Below, piece by piece: positions 11,617-25,727 of a DNA stretch of 64,000 nucleotides. The position numbers and the translations under genes were made by a program. This DNA is from an uncultured Verrucomicrobiae bacterium (lineage in GTDB: Bacteria; Verrucomicrobiota; Verrucomicrobiia; Chthoniobacterales; JAFAMB01): contig CAWEXO010000011.1 of NCBI GenBank assembly GCA_963813025.1, positions 320,001 through 384,000 on the forward strand, given 5' to 3'. A model generated the notes under the pieces. That model was not told the DNA's origin and searched no databases. It was given only the letters and a program-made list of their open reading frames with translations. Numbering within the stretch: the stretch's first letter is position 1; each line of letters starts with the position of its first letter.

Positions 11617-12434
11617 GCTGGTGCCAAAGTCACGTCTCCGCCCGAGCTCTTGTCCGGCGGATGAGCTTGGCGCTGTGGTGCGGTCTCGAGTAGATCTCCC
11701 TGGGTGAGTTCCACTTTTCCGATGGAGATCTCTCCGAAGAATTCGCCACCTTGATCGACGGTGAAGGCGCGCGCAAAAACTGCGCCATTCAATCGTCCGG
11801 TCTTGAGAATGACAACCTTGCCATTCGAAATGATCCGGGCGGAAATGATGCCTTCAATCTCAACCCGATCGGCCCGAATAGGGCGAATAAATTCCACCTC
11901 GGCTTTCCGATCGACCGTGAGACGTTGGGCTTCGATGCTCCCGGTCACCTTGCCTTTGACACGTACCCTGACCGCGCCGTGACAGATCAAACTGCCTCGC
12001 AGGAAGCCCTGAATATCCGCTTCCTCACAGATAACGCGATTGCTGTTCAGGTCCCCTTTATTCGTAAGGAACAACCGTCCGCGAGTCCGAATGGAGCGAC
12101 TATAATTGCCGGTAATCCGGTAATCCTGCAGGTCAATGTAAGCGCCGCATTGGGGGCAGATTGTTGATGTCGCGCTTTTCGGTACTTCGCGCTTGCCGGT
12201 GCACTCGAAGCATCGGGCCACGACGGTCCGTTGAACCCCCAGGATACCTTCCAGCTTCTGCAGGACCGAGGACGGCTTCTGAATTTCCGGCGGCGGTCCG
12301 CTAGTCCTGTGCCCCTTCTCAAGCTGAATATAGCCGCTGCATTTGCGGCAGTACGTCGACTTTGCCAGCTCGGGCTCTAGCTGAATGTGACCGCAGTGAG
12401 GACATTGAACTTCGATCCTTCCTTTGGCAGCCAC
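11613..12434 (-). CDS. Bactofilin (polymer-forming cytoskeletal protein) with two N-terminal zinc ribbons
   Basis: CPHC/CRKC and CFEC/CPQC pairs, then beta-helical repeats ending TGRLNGAVFARAFTVDQGGEFFGEI. Confidence 0.8.
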   Translation of the reverse strand: MAAKGRIEVQCPHCGHIQLEPELAKSTYCRKCSGYIQLEKGHRTSGPPPEIQKPSSVLQKLEGILGVQRTVVARCFECTGKREVPKSATSTICPQCGAYIDLQDYRITGNYSRSIRTRGRLFLTNKGDLNSNRVICEEADIQGFLRGSLICHGAVRVRVKGKVTGSIEAQRLTVDRKAEVEFIRPIRADRVEIEGIISARIISNGKVVILKTGRLNGAVFARAFTVDQGGEFFGEISIGKVELTQGDLLETAPQRQAHPPDKSSGGDVTLAPA

Positions 12435-12444
12435 TCAGTTTTCC

Positions 12445-12849
12445 TTAACGCGGAGCGCCGACGCCCACCTTCTGCGGCTCTTCCCGACTGAGCCCGCCGA
12501 GTTCTTTCAGTGCTCCTTTGTTTGGGGTAACTTCGGATTTACCGACGAAAGTTGCGCCCTCTTCAATAATCAGCCGGGCCGCTTTGAGATCGCCGATGAG
12601 CTGGGAACGCGAGCGCAATTCACAGCGCTCTTGCACTGTGATGTTGCCGTGCACCTTACCCATGACAATGACCGACTTGGCCTTGACTTCGCCGCGCACG
12701 TCGCCGTGTTCCCCGACGGTCAAAACGCCGTCATTTGAGGACACTTCACCTTCCAGTTTTCCGTCAAAGGTAAATTCGTTGGCGAACTTGATCGATCCCT
12801 TAATTTCGACATCGTTTGAGAGGTTGTTTTTATTAATCGTATCTGCCAT
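12445..12849 (-). CDS. Bactofilin (CcmA family); ORF is open to 13017 but start is probably 12849
   Basis: LSNDVEIKGSIKF..FDGKLEGEV..VMGKVHGNI..GDLKAARLIIEEGATFVG. Confidence 0.9.
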   Translation of the reverse strand: MADTINKNNLSNDVEIKGSIKFANEFTFDGKLEGEVSSNDGVLTVGEHGDVRGEVKAKSVIVMGKVHGNITVQERCELRSRSQLIGDLKAARLIIEEGATFVGKSEVTPNKGALKELGGLSREEPQKVGVGAPR

Positions 12850-13036
12850 AACCAGATTTCTTTGTGTTATACTTTTCGATTCAGCGAGCTGCGGAACCGG
12901 CGGATTCTCCCCTGATCCAATGTCTTCTTCTGAAGTCGGTTGGCCCGGCTTTTGGGGGATGAATTTCTTGAGCACGGTCGCAACTATGAAGTGGTCGATT
13001 GGAATGTCAAACGACAACCTCCCGGATCGAACTGAA

Positions 13037-14431
13037 TCAGCTCAGCTCCTCCGCCGGGTACGTCCAGATCTCGCTCAGCGTGGGATGATAGTGGGGCACT
13101 CGCGCCAGATCCGCCGCCCTCGCGTGGAAAGACATGGCCACGATGATCTCGTGGATTAACTCGGAAGCTTCCGGACCCACCACTGAACCGCCGATAATTT
13201 CTCCGGTGTCGTAATCGCAGATCAGTTTGACAAAACCCTCGGTCTCTCCCCGAACCAGAGATTTGCCATGATCTTTAAATGGATAACTGGCCGATCGAAA
13301 TCGACGGCCCTCTGCTCTCGCCTCTTTTTCGGTCACTCCGACAGCAGCCACCTGTGGCTCAGTGAAGATCGCAAACAGCTTCAGCCGATAGTCGATCGAT
13401 TCTAGGGGGGCGCCCGCGATCAGGCGCGCAGCGTTCCGCGCTGCCACCGAAGCCTGCTCAATCGCGGCGTGCACCACCTCATAACAGCCAGTGACATCAC
13501 CGGCGCCAAATACTCGTGGGTTCGGAGTCTGCAGCTCGCGATTGACGGTAACGGCGCCGGTCTGATCGCTCGTAACTCCGCCCGCGGCAAGATGCAGCTG
13601 CTCAGTAGCAGGCCGCCGGCCCAAGGCGTAAAAGATTTCTTCGGCATCAACCGTACACTCTCCGTCGCCGGTCTGGTAGACCACCCGTTTTTCGCCGTCG
13701 GCCCGCTCCACACCAATCAGCCGCGTGCCACAGATCACCTCAATGCCGCGTGCACGGAACGCATCAGCAAGTGCCTCCGCCACGTCCTGATCAGCCTCCT
13801 TCAGCACCTGTTCGCCCCTTTGAATGATGGTTACCCGCGTTCCGAGCGTGCCGTAAAAATGAGCAAATTCCAGGGCAATCGCTCCGCCGCCCAACATAAT
13901 CAGAGATTCGGGGATTCGTTCGCTGTCCAGAGCGACGTCGCTCCAGAGGTAGCCAGTCTCGGACAGCCCAGGTATATCGATCAGGTTCAGCTCAGAGCCC
14001 GTAGCAATCAGGGCGGTCTTAAAGCGCAACGTCTCGGATCGATTGCCGCTTAGGGACGCAACTTTGAGCAAGTCAGGACCCGCGAACTCCGCGAATCCCC
14101 GCACAAAATCAAACTTGCCCGATTTGAGTTGCGACTGGCGATGAGTGGCAAAGCCGGCGACCAGATTTCTTTTGCGAGCAAGAATCGCCGATGCTTCGAA
14201 TCCAATGTTGCCCGCGCGGAGCCCGAACTCCGAAGCCCGTCGAAGTGTGAGGAACCGATTGGCCGACTCAATAAGCGTTTTGCTCGGCATACAACCCTGC
14301 AAGATGCAGAGGCCGCCTACTTCCTTACCTCCCTCGATACAGACTGTTCGGAGACCAAGGCGCGAGGCGGTGGCCGCCGCAGAGTACCCGGCGCTGCCGC
14401 CGCCGATGATCGCAAAGTCATAGGTTTCCAT
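13037..14431 (-). CDS. Pyridine nucleotide-disulfide oxidoreductase (dihydrolipoamide dehydrogenase/MerA superfamily)
   Basis: GGGSAG FAD motif, GGLCILQGCMPSK redox pair, GGGAIALE, HPTLSE; no C-terminal Cys-Cys of MerA. Confidence 0.88.
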   Translation of the reverse strand: METYDFAIIGGGSAGYSAAATASRLGLRTVCIEGGKEVGGLCILQGCMPSKTLIESANRFLTLRRASEFGLRAGNIGFEASAILARKRNLVAGFATHRQSQLKSGKFDFVRGFAEFAGPDLLKVASLSGNRSETLRFKTALIATGSELNLIDIPGLSETGYLWSDVALDSERIPESLIMLGGGAIALEFAHFYGTLGTRVTIIQRGEQVLKEADQDVAEALADAFRARGIEVICGTRLIGVERADGEKRVVYQTGDGECTVDAEEIFYALGRRPATEQLHLAAGGVTSDQTGAVTVNRELQTPNPRVFGAGDVTGCYEVVHAAIEQASVAARNAARLIAGAPLESIDYRLKLFAIFTEPQVAAVGVTEKEARAEGRRFRSASYPFKDHGKSLVRGETEGFVKLICDYDTGEIIGGSVVGPEASELIHEIIVAMSFHARAADLARVPHYHPTLSEIWTYPAEELS

Positions 14432-14582
14432 GCGCGATCATTCTATCCTACAATCGCCGCAAGCGCACTTGCGAGACAGTAAACGCCGGCATCTTCGGAG
14501 CCTGGAACAATCGCAAGATCTGGCGCTCCTACAAAGTCCCACTACTACAAATAGCGCCTTCAAAGCTTGCATGGAGGGGTAA

Positions 14583-17171
<2,589 letters not shown>

Positions 17172-17234
17172 TTCACGCTGCCACCCAAACGACTGTGAGG
17201 TCCTATGGCGCGATCAGTTTGGGAGCGCGCGTCC

Positions 17235-17393
17235 TGGAGTGCGCGCGACCTGTCGCCGCTTTGAGACTGCGCGAAGCGCGGCCGGAGGTCGAGCGGGCCT
17301 TTTCGCCAAGGGAATCCGCGCTTTGTGGTTCGGTCCTCGGTCGAGGCCGCGCTCCGGGCAATTAGAAAGCGGCGACCAGTCGCACGCACTCCA
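17235..17393. repeat. REP doublet (REPIN-like), GGAG family, between gyrB and gyrA
   Basis: TGGAGTGCGCGCGACCTGTCGCCGCTTT (17235-17262) and AAAGCGGCGACCAGTCGCACGCACTCCA (17366-17393): 25/28 inverted match. Confidence 0.8.
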
Positions 17394-17435
17394 AAACGCC
17401 ATCGGCAGCTCACCGTTTACCAGCCCTTTAAGCTC

Positions 17436-20057
17436 ATGCCCTTAAATCCAAACGAAAGAGTGGATCCGGTCAACGTGGCCGAGGAGATGTCGAAATCTTT
17501 TCTGGACTACTCCATGTCCGTGATCTTTGCGCGTGCGCTGCCCGACGCCCGCGACGGTCTTAAACCGTCACAGCGTCGCATCCTGTACGCGATGAACGAT
17601 CTGGGAGTTGGCCCTACCAGAAAGCATAGCAAGTGTGCCAAGATCGTCGGGGAGACGATGGGAAATTACCATCCGCATGGCGACATGGCGATTTACCCGA
17701 CCCTGGTCCATATGGCTCAGCCTTGGGCGATGCGCGCGACCTTGATCGAGGGTCAAGGCAACTTTGGCTCGATGGATGGCGATCCCCCCGCGTCCATGCG
17801 ATACACGGAAGCCCGGTTGACCCATCTTGGGTCGATCCTGATGGAGGACATGGATCAGGATACCGTCGAGTTTGTCCCCAACTACGACGAGACGCGTCAG
17901 GAACCGACCGTGTTCCCGGCCGCTTTCCCCAACCTCCTGGTTAACGGCGGCACCGGCATAGCCGTCGGAATGGCAACCAATATGCCGCCCCACAACCTGG
18001 GCGAAGTCATCGACGGAATCTGCGCACTGATCGATCGGCCCGCCATCACTCCGGCGGAGTTGATGGAATTTATTAAAGGCCCCGATTTTCCCACCGGCTG
18101 CACCATCTGCGGCAGCGAAGGAATCCGGCAGTATTTCGAGACCGGGCGGGGCAGCTTCAAGGTGCGCGGTACCGCGACGATTCAAGAGGCGAGGAATGGC
18201 CGAGAACAAATCCTCATCACGGAGATCCCTTTCAACGTCAACCGGGCTGAACTGATCAAAAGGATAGCCGCCCTGGTCCAGGAAAAGAGTCATTACCGAA
18301 ATCGCAGACGTTCGGGATCTGTCGGATGAAGAAACCCGGATCGAATTGGAGCTGAAGCGGGACGCGAATGCGCAGGTTGTGCTGAACAATCTGTACAAGC
18401 ATACGGCCCTGGAAACGTCGTTTGCCGTGAACATGCTGGCGATCGATCATGGCCGTCCCAAGCTGCTGTCAATAAAGGACGCGCTGAACTGCTATATGGA
18501 ACACCGACGCGAAGTAGTCCTTCGGCGGACCCGTTATCAGCTTCGGCAGGCGCAGCAACGTGCCGAGACCCTGGAGGGCTATCTGATCGCTCTCGCCCAT
18601 CTCGACGACTTTATTGAGATCATCCGCGGGTCAGCCAATCGCGCGGAAGCGCGCGTCAAATTGCTGGCCTACGAATTTACTCGAAGCGCAGGTCGAGCAG
18701 ATCGGAGTTCGCATCAGGAGCGAAGCCCGTTTGACCGACGGATTCTATGTCTTCAGCGAACACCAGGCCGATCAGATCCTCGATCTGCGTCTCTACCAGC
18801 TCACCGGCCTGGAGACGAGATAAGATCACCGAGGAGTACGGAAATCTTCTTCTGCGTATCGCGGACTTGCTCGAGCATCCTGGAGAGTGCCCAGCGCGTG
18901 ATGGATATCATCAAGGAGGAGCTGAAACTCGTCAAAGAGAAGTACGGTTCTGCCCGCCTGACCCAAATCGTTCCCGATGAAGGCGAAATCAATTTGGAGG
19001 ACCTGATCGCCAATGAAGGCTGCATCATCACAATCACCCACGGCGGGTATATCAAGCGGACGGCCGTCAGCGCTTTCCGCGCGCAACGGCGAGGCGGGCG
19101 AGGCGTGATCGGGATGACCACCCGGGAAGGGCAAGCCGAAGGCGAGGCGGACGATTTCGTCGAACATCTGTTTACCGCCAGCACTCATGATTCGCTCATG
19201 TTCTTTACCCAAAGCGGCCGGTGTTACGTGGAAAAGGTCTACGAAATTCCCGAAATGAGCCGCGCCTCCAAAGGCCGCGCCATCGCCAACTTGCTCGAGC
19301 TGCGTCCGGAGGAGAAAATCGCAGCCACCTTGCGTATCGAGGCGCGCCGGGAAAGCTCATCCGAGGAAAACATGGAGGACGGTTACAACGGGAGAGCCAC
19401 TTGGAATCCTGACTTGCATGTCATGTTTGCCACGCAGAGTGGCATCGTGAAAAAGACCAATCTTGTCAGACTTCGCCAATGTCCGGAAGGGCGGGATTAT
19501 TGCGATCCAGATCGAGGAGGGAGATAAGCTGATCGATGCGCTGCTGACCAACGGATCGAATGAGGTTGTGCTGATCACGAAATTCGGGATGAGTATCCGC
19601 TTTCACGAGATTGAGGTGCGCGATATGGGCCGCAACGCGGTCGGGGTCTGGGGCATACGTCCCGCGCCAAACGATCAGGTCGTCGCTATCGCCAAAGTCT
19701 CCGATGACGCCAACTCTCCTGGTGGCCGGGGAAAATGGGATCGGGAAAAGAACCGGATTCGATGAGTACCGGATTCAATCGCGCGGCGGCAAAGGGATCA
19801 TTACAATGAAGACTGGGGACCGGACCGGTCAGGTGGTCGGTGCCTTGACGGTGCACGATCACGATGAGGTCATGCTGATCACTACTGGCGGGCAAATGGT
19901 TCGGATCCGGGTCAGCGAGATTCGCGAGGCGGGCCGAAACACGATGGGCGTGAAATTGATTAACCTGTTCGAGAACGAGAAGCTGCAGGACATTGCTCCG
20001 GTCGTGAGCCAGGAAGAAGAAGCCCAGGCGGAGAACGCTGGCGAAGCACAAAACTGA
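17436..20057 (+). CDS. gyrA: DNA gyrase subunit A (several frameshifts at about 18.3-19.7 kb, likely assembly errors)
   Basis: RALPDARDGLKP, YHPHGD, ASMRYTEAR (catalytic Tyr), GIAVGMATN, GyrA-box QRRGGRG, C-terminal pinwheel repeats. Confidence 0.96.
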
Positions 20058-20122
20058 GCCTGCATCGCTCACAATCGTTTAAGGATTTATGAGTGATGCA
20101 GGCTGTGCTCAATTGGCCCAGC

Positions 20123-21106
20123 ATGAATTATCGCAGACTCGGAAAAGCTGGTGTCAAAGTGAGCGAACTCTCCTTCGGCTCCTGGGTAACTTTCGGTGCC
20201 CAGATCGCCGATGACGTCGCGGAGGCCTTGATGAAGACGGCCTATGATGCCGGTATCAATTTTTTTGACAATGCCGAAGGCTACGCCAGCGGACGCTCCG
20301 AGCTGGTGATGGGCAAACTTCTGAACAAGCTGGCCTGGCCGCGCGACACCTGGCTGGTCTCGAGCAAAGTCTTCTTTGGCAGCGCGCCCCAACCACAAAA
20401 GCCAAATCAGTACGGACTGAGCCGGAAACATGTTTTTGAGGCCTGCCACGCCGCGCTGCGGCGCTTGCAGGTAGACTATCTCGATTTCTTTTTTTGCCAC
20501 CGCCCGGATCCCGAAACTCCGATCGAGGAGACGGTGCGCGTGATGTCAGATCTGATCGCCCAAGGCAAGGTCCTCTATTGGGGAACCAGCGAGTGGAGCG
20601 CGCAGCAGATCATGGAAGCCTACGCCGTCGCCCGCCAATTCGACTTGGTGCCGCCCACCATGGAGCAGCCACAGTATAACTTGCTCGTGCGCGACCGGGT
20701 GGAAAAAGAATACGCGCGGCTCTACACGGAGATCGGCTTGGGCACTACGGTCTGGTCACCGCTGGCCAGTGGATTGCTCAGCGGAAAGTACAACCAGGGA
20801 TTGCCGGAAGATGCGCGGCTCGGACTGGAAGACTACTCATGGCTAAGAGACTGGGTCGTGAATGAAAAGCGGCTCGCCAAAGTCCAGGAATTTGGGAGCC
20901 TGACTAAAAAACTGGGATCGCCGCAGGCGGTCGTCGCGATCGCCTGGTGTCTGAAAAACCCACACGTCAGCACCGTGATCCTAGGCGCATCGAAGACCGG
21001 CCAGCTGAAAGAAAATCTGCGCGCCTCCGAAATCTCCGAAAAGCTGACCCCGGAAATAATGAAACAGATCGACGACCTGCTCGGGACGAAACCCGAGGAG
21101 GATTGA
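20123..21106 (+). CDS. Aldo/keto reductase, Kv-beta-like
   Basis: MNYRRLGKAGVKVSELSFGSW, FFDNAEGY, YWGTSEWSA, EQPQYNL, WSPLASGLLSGKY. Confidence 0.93.
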   Translation: MNYRRLGKAGVKVSELSFGSWVTFGAQIADDVAEALMKTAYDAGINFFDNAEGYASGRSELVMGKLLNKLAWPRDTWLVSSKVFFGSAPQPQKPNQYGLSRKHVFEACHAALRRLQVDYLDFFFCHRPDPETPIEETVRVMSDLIAQGKVLYWGTSEWSAQQIMEAYAVARQFDLVPPTMEQPQYNLLVRDRVEKEYARLYTEIGLGTTVWSPLASGLLSGKYNQGLPEDARLGLEDYSWLRDWVVNEKRLAKVQEFGSLTKKLGSPQAVVAIAWCLKNPHVSTVILGASKTGQLKENLRASEISEKLTPEIMKQIDDLLGTKPEED

Positions 21107-21303
21107 GTCGAGGGAGTCGGGAGTCAGGATTGGAGTCGGGTGCAGAGTGTTCTCAGCGCGGGAGTAAATGAAGCTACTCCAAACGGAAGCATCGTAAGTG
21201 CCACATTGGCACTAAAAGCTCCGGTTTTAAACTCTTCGACCCCGTCTGCCAGAATGACGCACGTTCTGAGGACTCCCGACTTCTGGCTCCTGACGCCCGA
21301 CTC
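21105..21303. repeat. Inverted pair of GAGTCRG heptamer arrays around a ~130-bp core
   Basis: gagtcg/gagtcgg/gagtcag units 21105-21140; gactccc gacttct ggctcct gacgccc gactc 21271-21303. Confidence 0.75.
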
Positions 21304-21354
21304 TTTACGGTTGCCAGCCCGTATTTGCTCTTTAGACTAAGCACCACTTCTCCT

Positions 21355-21804
21355 ATGGGAAAGCGAAAGAGAAAATTGTCCTTTAAACGGCTTCCGTTGC
21401 AGCGCCAGCTGCAGTTTTCCCCTGAGGGTGAATACTTTGATCTGCAGGCCCTTTTCGACAAAGTTAATGCTGAATATTTTGGCGGGCTGCTCGCGCATTA
21501 CAGCATCACTTGGGGACGGAAGAGAAGTGTTCCCCCAAAAGAATACTTTGTTTTTGGCACCATCCAGGAAGAGGATCGGATCATCCGCATACACCCTCTT
21601 TTGGACGCGCCGTTTGTTCCGACCTGGTTCCTTGAGTACGTGATTTATCACGAGATGCTTCACGCGATCGTTCCTGAGGAAATCGATGAACAAGGCCGGC
21701 GACGAATTCATACCGACGAATTTTATCGTCGCGAGCGCCAGTTTCACTGCTTCCCTCGAGCGAAGCGATGGGAAGATGAGAATCTCGACCGCTTTCTTCG
21801 GTAG
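21355..21804 (+). CDS. SprT/YgjP-like zinc metalloprotein
   Basis: IRIHPLLD..VP.WFLEYVIYHEMLH (HExxH) and a downstream His in IHTDEF. Confidence 0.78.
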   Translation: MGKRKRKLSFKRLPLQRQLQFSPEGEYFDLQALFDKVNAEYFGGLLAHYSITWGRKRSVPPKEYFVFGTIQEEDRIIRIHPLLDAPFVPTWFLEYVIYHEMLHAIVPEEIDEQGRRRIHTDEFYRRERQFHCFPRAKRWEDENLDRFLR

Positions 21805-21809
21805 CCTTC

Positions 21810-22145
21810 ATGAGCACCGGCGCCCACGATGTCTTGCTCGTGATCTGTACTTTCCCGAGCCAGGAGATCGCCGATCGTCTCGGACTTGAATTACTGAGGC
21901 GCAGGTTGACGGCCTGCGTCAACCTACTCCCTGCGGCCACATCTCATTATTGGTGGGACGGAAAGATTACGTCCGACACCGAAGTGATCGCGCTGCTGAA
22001 ATGCACGGGCGCGGTTTTTCCGGACCTTCGAGACTTCCTGCAAAAGGAGCACCCGTACGACGTGCCAGAAGTCCTAGCCATTCCGGTCCAAACTGGTGCC
22101 GAACCTTACCTGCGTTGGGTTCGCGACAACTGCTCTCGAAAGTAA
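21810..22145 (+). CDS. cutA: Divalent-cation tolerance protein CutA
   Basis: RLTACVN, SHYWWDG, HPYDVPEV..YLRWV. Confidence 0.92.
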   Translation: MSTGAHDVLLVICTFPSQEIADRLGLELLRRRLTACVNLLPAATSHYWWDGKITSDTEVIALLKCTGAVFPDLRDFLQKEHPYDVPEVLAIPVQTGAEPYLRWVRDNCSRK

Positions 22146-22146
22146 T

Positions 22147-22218
22147 GTTTCGCCCTTCAAGTTTCGTTTTTCCGTGTTTCGCGGCCAGCCGGCCGTAAAC
22201 GCCAAGGCGTGAAACGCG
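22147..22218. repeat. Degenerate inverted GTTTCRC heptamer arrays between convergent genes
   Basis: gtttcgc..gtttcgt..gtttcgc then gtaaac..gtgaaacgc; same unit as 8847-8952. Confidence 0.5.
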
Positions 22219-22249
22219 CCACCCGAAGCGTTCTCCTCGAACTCGCCCT

Positions 22250-22939
22250 TTAAGGCCGCCTGCCCGGCGATGGGAATCCGCCCGGCTTGGTCGTTGTCGC
22301 CGGGGTATTGCCTGAGGTCGCCGTTCCGGGTCGCTGCGCAGCCGGAGAGGAAACCGCGGCTGGACGACTGGCATTCAGACGACTGATCACTGAATCGCTG
22401 AAATCAATATTATCCCGGGAATAAACAAGCACCGGTACGCCGCTATTGAGACTTTGACCGGACCTATCGAACACCAGATCGAAATTCTGACTCCGTACCT
22501 GCTCATTGACGACCTTCATGATCTCTTCGACGATTCCCTGTCGCATCCGCGCCATCTGCTCTTGCAATTGCTTCTCACGCGTCGTTCGGAAGTCATTGAT
22601 CTCTTTCTCCAATCCCTTAGTCTCGGCGATCTTGGAATCCCGTTCCTGAGCCTTTTGATCTTTGCCCGCGGCGCTCAGATCTGGCTTGTTAATCTCTTCG
22701 TTGAGTTTGTTGATGGTATCGAGATTCTTCTTATAAGAGTCCATTCTGAGATCCAGCTCATCCTTAGCCGACTTCTGTGCCTCCTGAAGCTTATCTTCGG
22801 CTTCGCGAGTTTTGTAGTAGGCGTTAAAAATCTTCTGCATATCGATGGTGCCGATTCTGATCTCTGCGCGCGCTGGTGATGCGACCATTGCGCTCAGGGC
22901 GAAACTGGCGACCAATCCGAGGGTTAACGAGTTCTTCAT
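22250..22939 (-). CDS. skp: OmpH/Skp periplasmic chaperone
   Basis: Signal peptide, IRIGTIDMQKIF, long coiled coil, FDLVFDRS..IDFSDSVI; directly downstream of bamA. Confidence 0.88.
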   Translation of the reverse strand: MKNSLTLGLVASFALSAMVASPARAEIRIGTIDMQKIFNAYYKTREAEDKLQEAQKSAKDELDLRMDSYKKNLDTINKLNEEINKPDLSAAGKDQKAQERDSKIAETKGLEKEINDFRTTREKQLQEQMARMRQGIVEEIMKVVNEQVRSQNFDLVFDRSGQSLNSGVPVLVYSRDNIDFSDSVISRLNASRPAAVSSPAAQRPGTATSGNTPATTTKPGGFPSPGRRP

Positions 22940-23008
22940 ATAATACGGGTACTGATTAGGACTGAGGCAACTTGGGCAAGGCGGCAGGCGACTCAACCGA
23001 AAAATCGC

Positions 23009-25451
23009 CTAAAATTGATAACCAACGCTAAATTGAAATTTACCGCTCGAACCATTGAAGTGGTCATGGGTGATTGGAATACCATAATCGATTCGGATCG
23101 GGCCAATCGGCAGGTCAAGGCGGACCCCGAAACCGAAATCGTCATTATAGTTGCTGGTGCTGAAATTAAATGAACCACTATTAACGAAACCGACATCATA
23201 GAACACGGCGGCGCGCACTCTTTGAATCACTGGGACCGTGTACTCAAGCGTCAGTCGAGCGAGCGTGTTTCCGCCGATGGGATCGCCGAAGCTGTCCTTC
23301 GGTCCTACTTCACGAAAATCAAAACCGCGCAGATTGTTGGCCCCACCCAGATAAAGCCGGTCGTAAAGCGGAACGTTGGTTTTGCCATTGTAAGTGTCCA
23401 ACGCGGCAATCTCTCCGTTGATGAGCAGGATCGTGTCTAACGGTAAATGAAAATATTGGGAAGCTTCCAGATCAAAACCCCAGATCGAGACGTCTCCACC
23501 CAGGGGTCCGCCAGCGATATACGTAGAAAGATCTATCCGGGTCCCCTTGCGAGTGAGAAATGCATTGTCGCGATTGTCAAAGGTGAATGAGAGCGTGACC
23601 CGGCTCTCCAGGGTGCTCCCGGCCTGGCTGGTAATCAGAGGATCTGTGGTGGTGACGTCATAGATCTCAACATTCTGAAGTTGATAATCGAGTTTGGCCG
23701 AAAGGAAGGGCGTGAGCGGCCTTCGCAAGAACACGTCAAACCCGTACTGACGCTGGGAATAGACGTTACTGTAGAACTGGGAATCGTCATAAAAGGCCTG
23801 AAAGCCAAGCGCGAGACGCTGATCCAGAAAGTAAGGCTCGGTGAAAGCAAGCAGGACATCTTTGCGTTCAGTACCCAACTGCACGCGGAGCCGAAACTTC
23901 TGGCCTGCTCCCGTGAACGTCTTCCAGTTCGTGATGTCGAAATTGCCCTGGGACAGTTCGCCGAAACCAACCAAACCGTCGGTTGAACTGAAGCCCAACC
24001 CGAAAGTTGAGCGAACCAGTCCGTTTTTCCTGAACGACGATGTTGAGATCTTTCCGACCAGGCACATTCGTGTCGCTGGCATAAGCATCGACCTTTTCGA
24101 AATACTGCAGCCCTTCCAACCGTTTCTTACTTATGTCGACCCGCACCGTGTCGAACACATCGCCGGGCGCGAGAACCACTTCTCGCCGAATCACCTTGTC
24201 CTTTGTCCGCACATTTCCACTGATGTTCACGCGCTCCAGGAAGGACTGGATGCCTTCATCGATCTTATAATGCAAATCGACATAACCCGGTCCGGCGGGC
24301 GTGGTCCCGACGTTGACTTTAGCGTCGGCGTAGCCAGCGACTCCATAAGCATCTTCGACCGATTTGATGTCTTTCTGGAGCTGTTGCGGAGAGAAGATTT
24401 TCCCTTCGGTAACCTTGAGCACTTTTCGAAAGTTTGGCTCCTGGACAACATGCAATCCCTCAACCGTCAATGACCGCACATAGTATCGAATTCCCTCGTT
24501 GAGATAGATATCGACGTCGACATTGCGAGAGTCGATCCGATCGATTTTCACATCGGTTACCTGGATATCGGCGAAGCCGTGATCCTGGTAATACTCCTTG
24601 ATCTTCTGCACATCTTCGTCGAGCTGACGACTGTTTAATCGGCCTGCTCCGGTCAGAAACCCAATGATGCTTTTGCGTCGGGTCTTCATTTGTCTCCGGA
24701 GCAGCTTGGAGCTGATCGAGTAGTTGCCGACAAACCGAATCTGATTGACCAGTGCCCGGGTGCCTTCGCTGATCGAATAAGTCACTGTGGCGGTGCCCCG
24801 ATCCTCGTTCACCGCCACTTTGTACTCGACGTCAACATCCGGAAAGCCGCGCTTCTGATAGAGTTCCACCACCTTCTGGCGGGCCGTCTCGAGCGCCTGT
24901 TCATCCAGTGGCGTGTTCACTTTCAAATTCAGCTCCCGCCGGATGCGGCGAGGCGAAACACTTTCCGCGCCCTGGATATAAACACCGGCAAGAGTCGCGC
25001 GCGTTTGCACGACAACGATCACCTTGACGCCGTCTGGGAGGGGTTCGCCATAGATGCGGACGTTGGTCACCAAACCAGTCGCGTAAAGGCTGCGGACGTC
25101 ATCCTCGACAATGGCCTCCGAATAAGGCTGCCCAACGGTAGTCTTCATGTTGGTCAGAATACGTTGGCGGCTCAGCGTGGCCGGCCCGGCATATTGAATC
25201 TCGATCTGCCGAACGATCGGCGCAGGCGCTCGCGGTTGCACCGGCGGTGGCGCGGGCGCGGGATTCTGCGGCGCAGCTTGAACCGGCGGGGGCGTGGTCA
25301 CTGGACCCGCCGGCGCCGATGGCGGAGGAGTGCCAGTCGCGGCCGGAGGCTGATCCGGTGGCGCCTGCTGCCCAACGGCCATCTGAAGCTGGAAAACGAG
25401 AACAACGATCACGACAATCCAGCTTACGCTGAGGGGCTTACAAAAATTCAT
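23009..25451 (-). CDS. bamA: Outer membrane protein assembly factor BamA (one frameshift near 24003)
   Basis: POTRA repeats (GNVRTKDKVIRRE), GGANNLRGF, LPIGPIRIDYG, C-terminal FQFSVGYQF; TGSLNF/GLGFSS split across frames. Confidence 0.95.
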
Positions 25452-25727
25452 AGTCGACACCGAAACGAAGCGAATGGGCGTAATTCATGACGATGCGAAA
25501 ACAAACGTCAACTGAAAACGTTTCCCGCTCACTCTGATCGTGGCCGGAAAGAGGCAAGGCAAGAAAGCAAAAGACCTCGGATCGAGCAATTTCACGCATA
25601 GAAACCGCCGAACCTCGTCGCGCCGGCAGGCCCGTAAAGAGGCTCTCGCGCAGCTCTCCTCGAAGAGATCTGGATTCACGATGTTGCGAGACAGTTGCTG
25701 TCTCCACAACCTTGAATCCTTGCCTCA

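Noticed and set aside
13037..14431. Mercuric reductase MerA
   Set aside because: No C-terminal Cys-Cys pair, no N-terminal metal-binding domain and no mer genes nearby.
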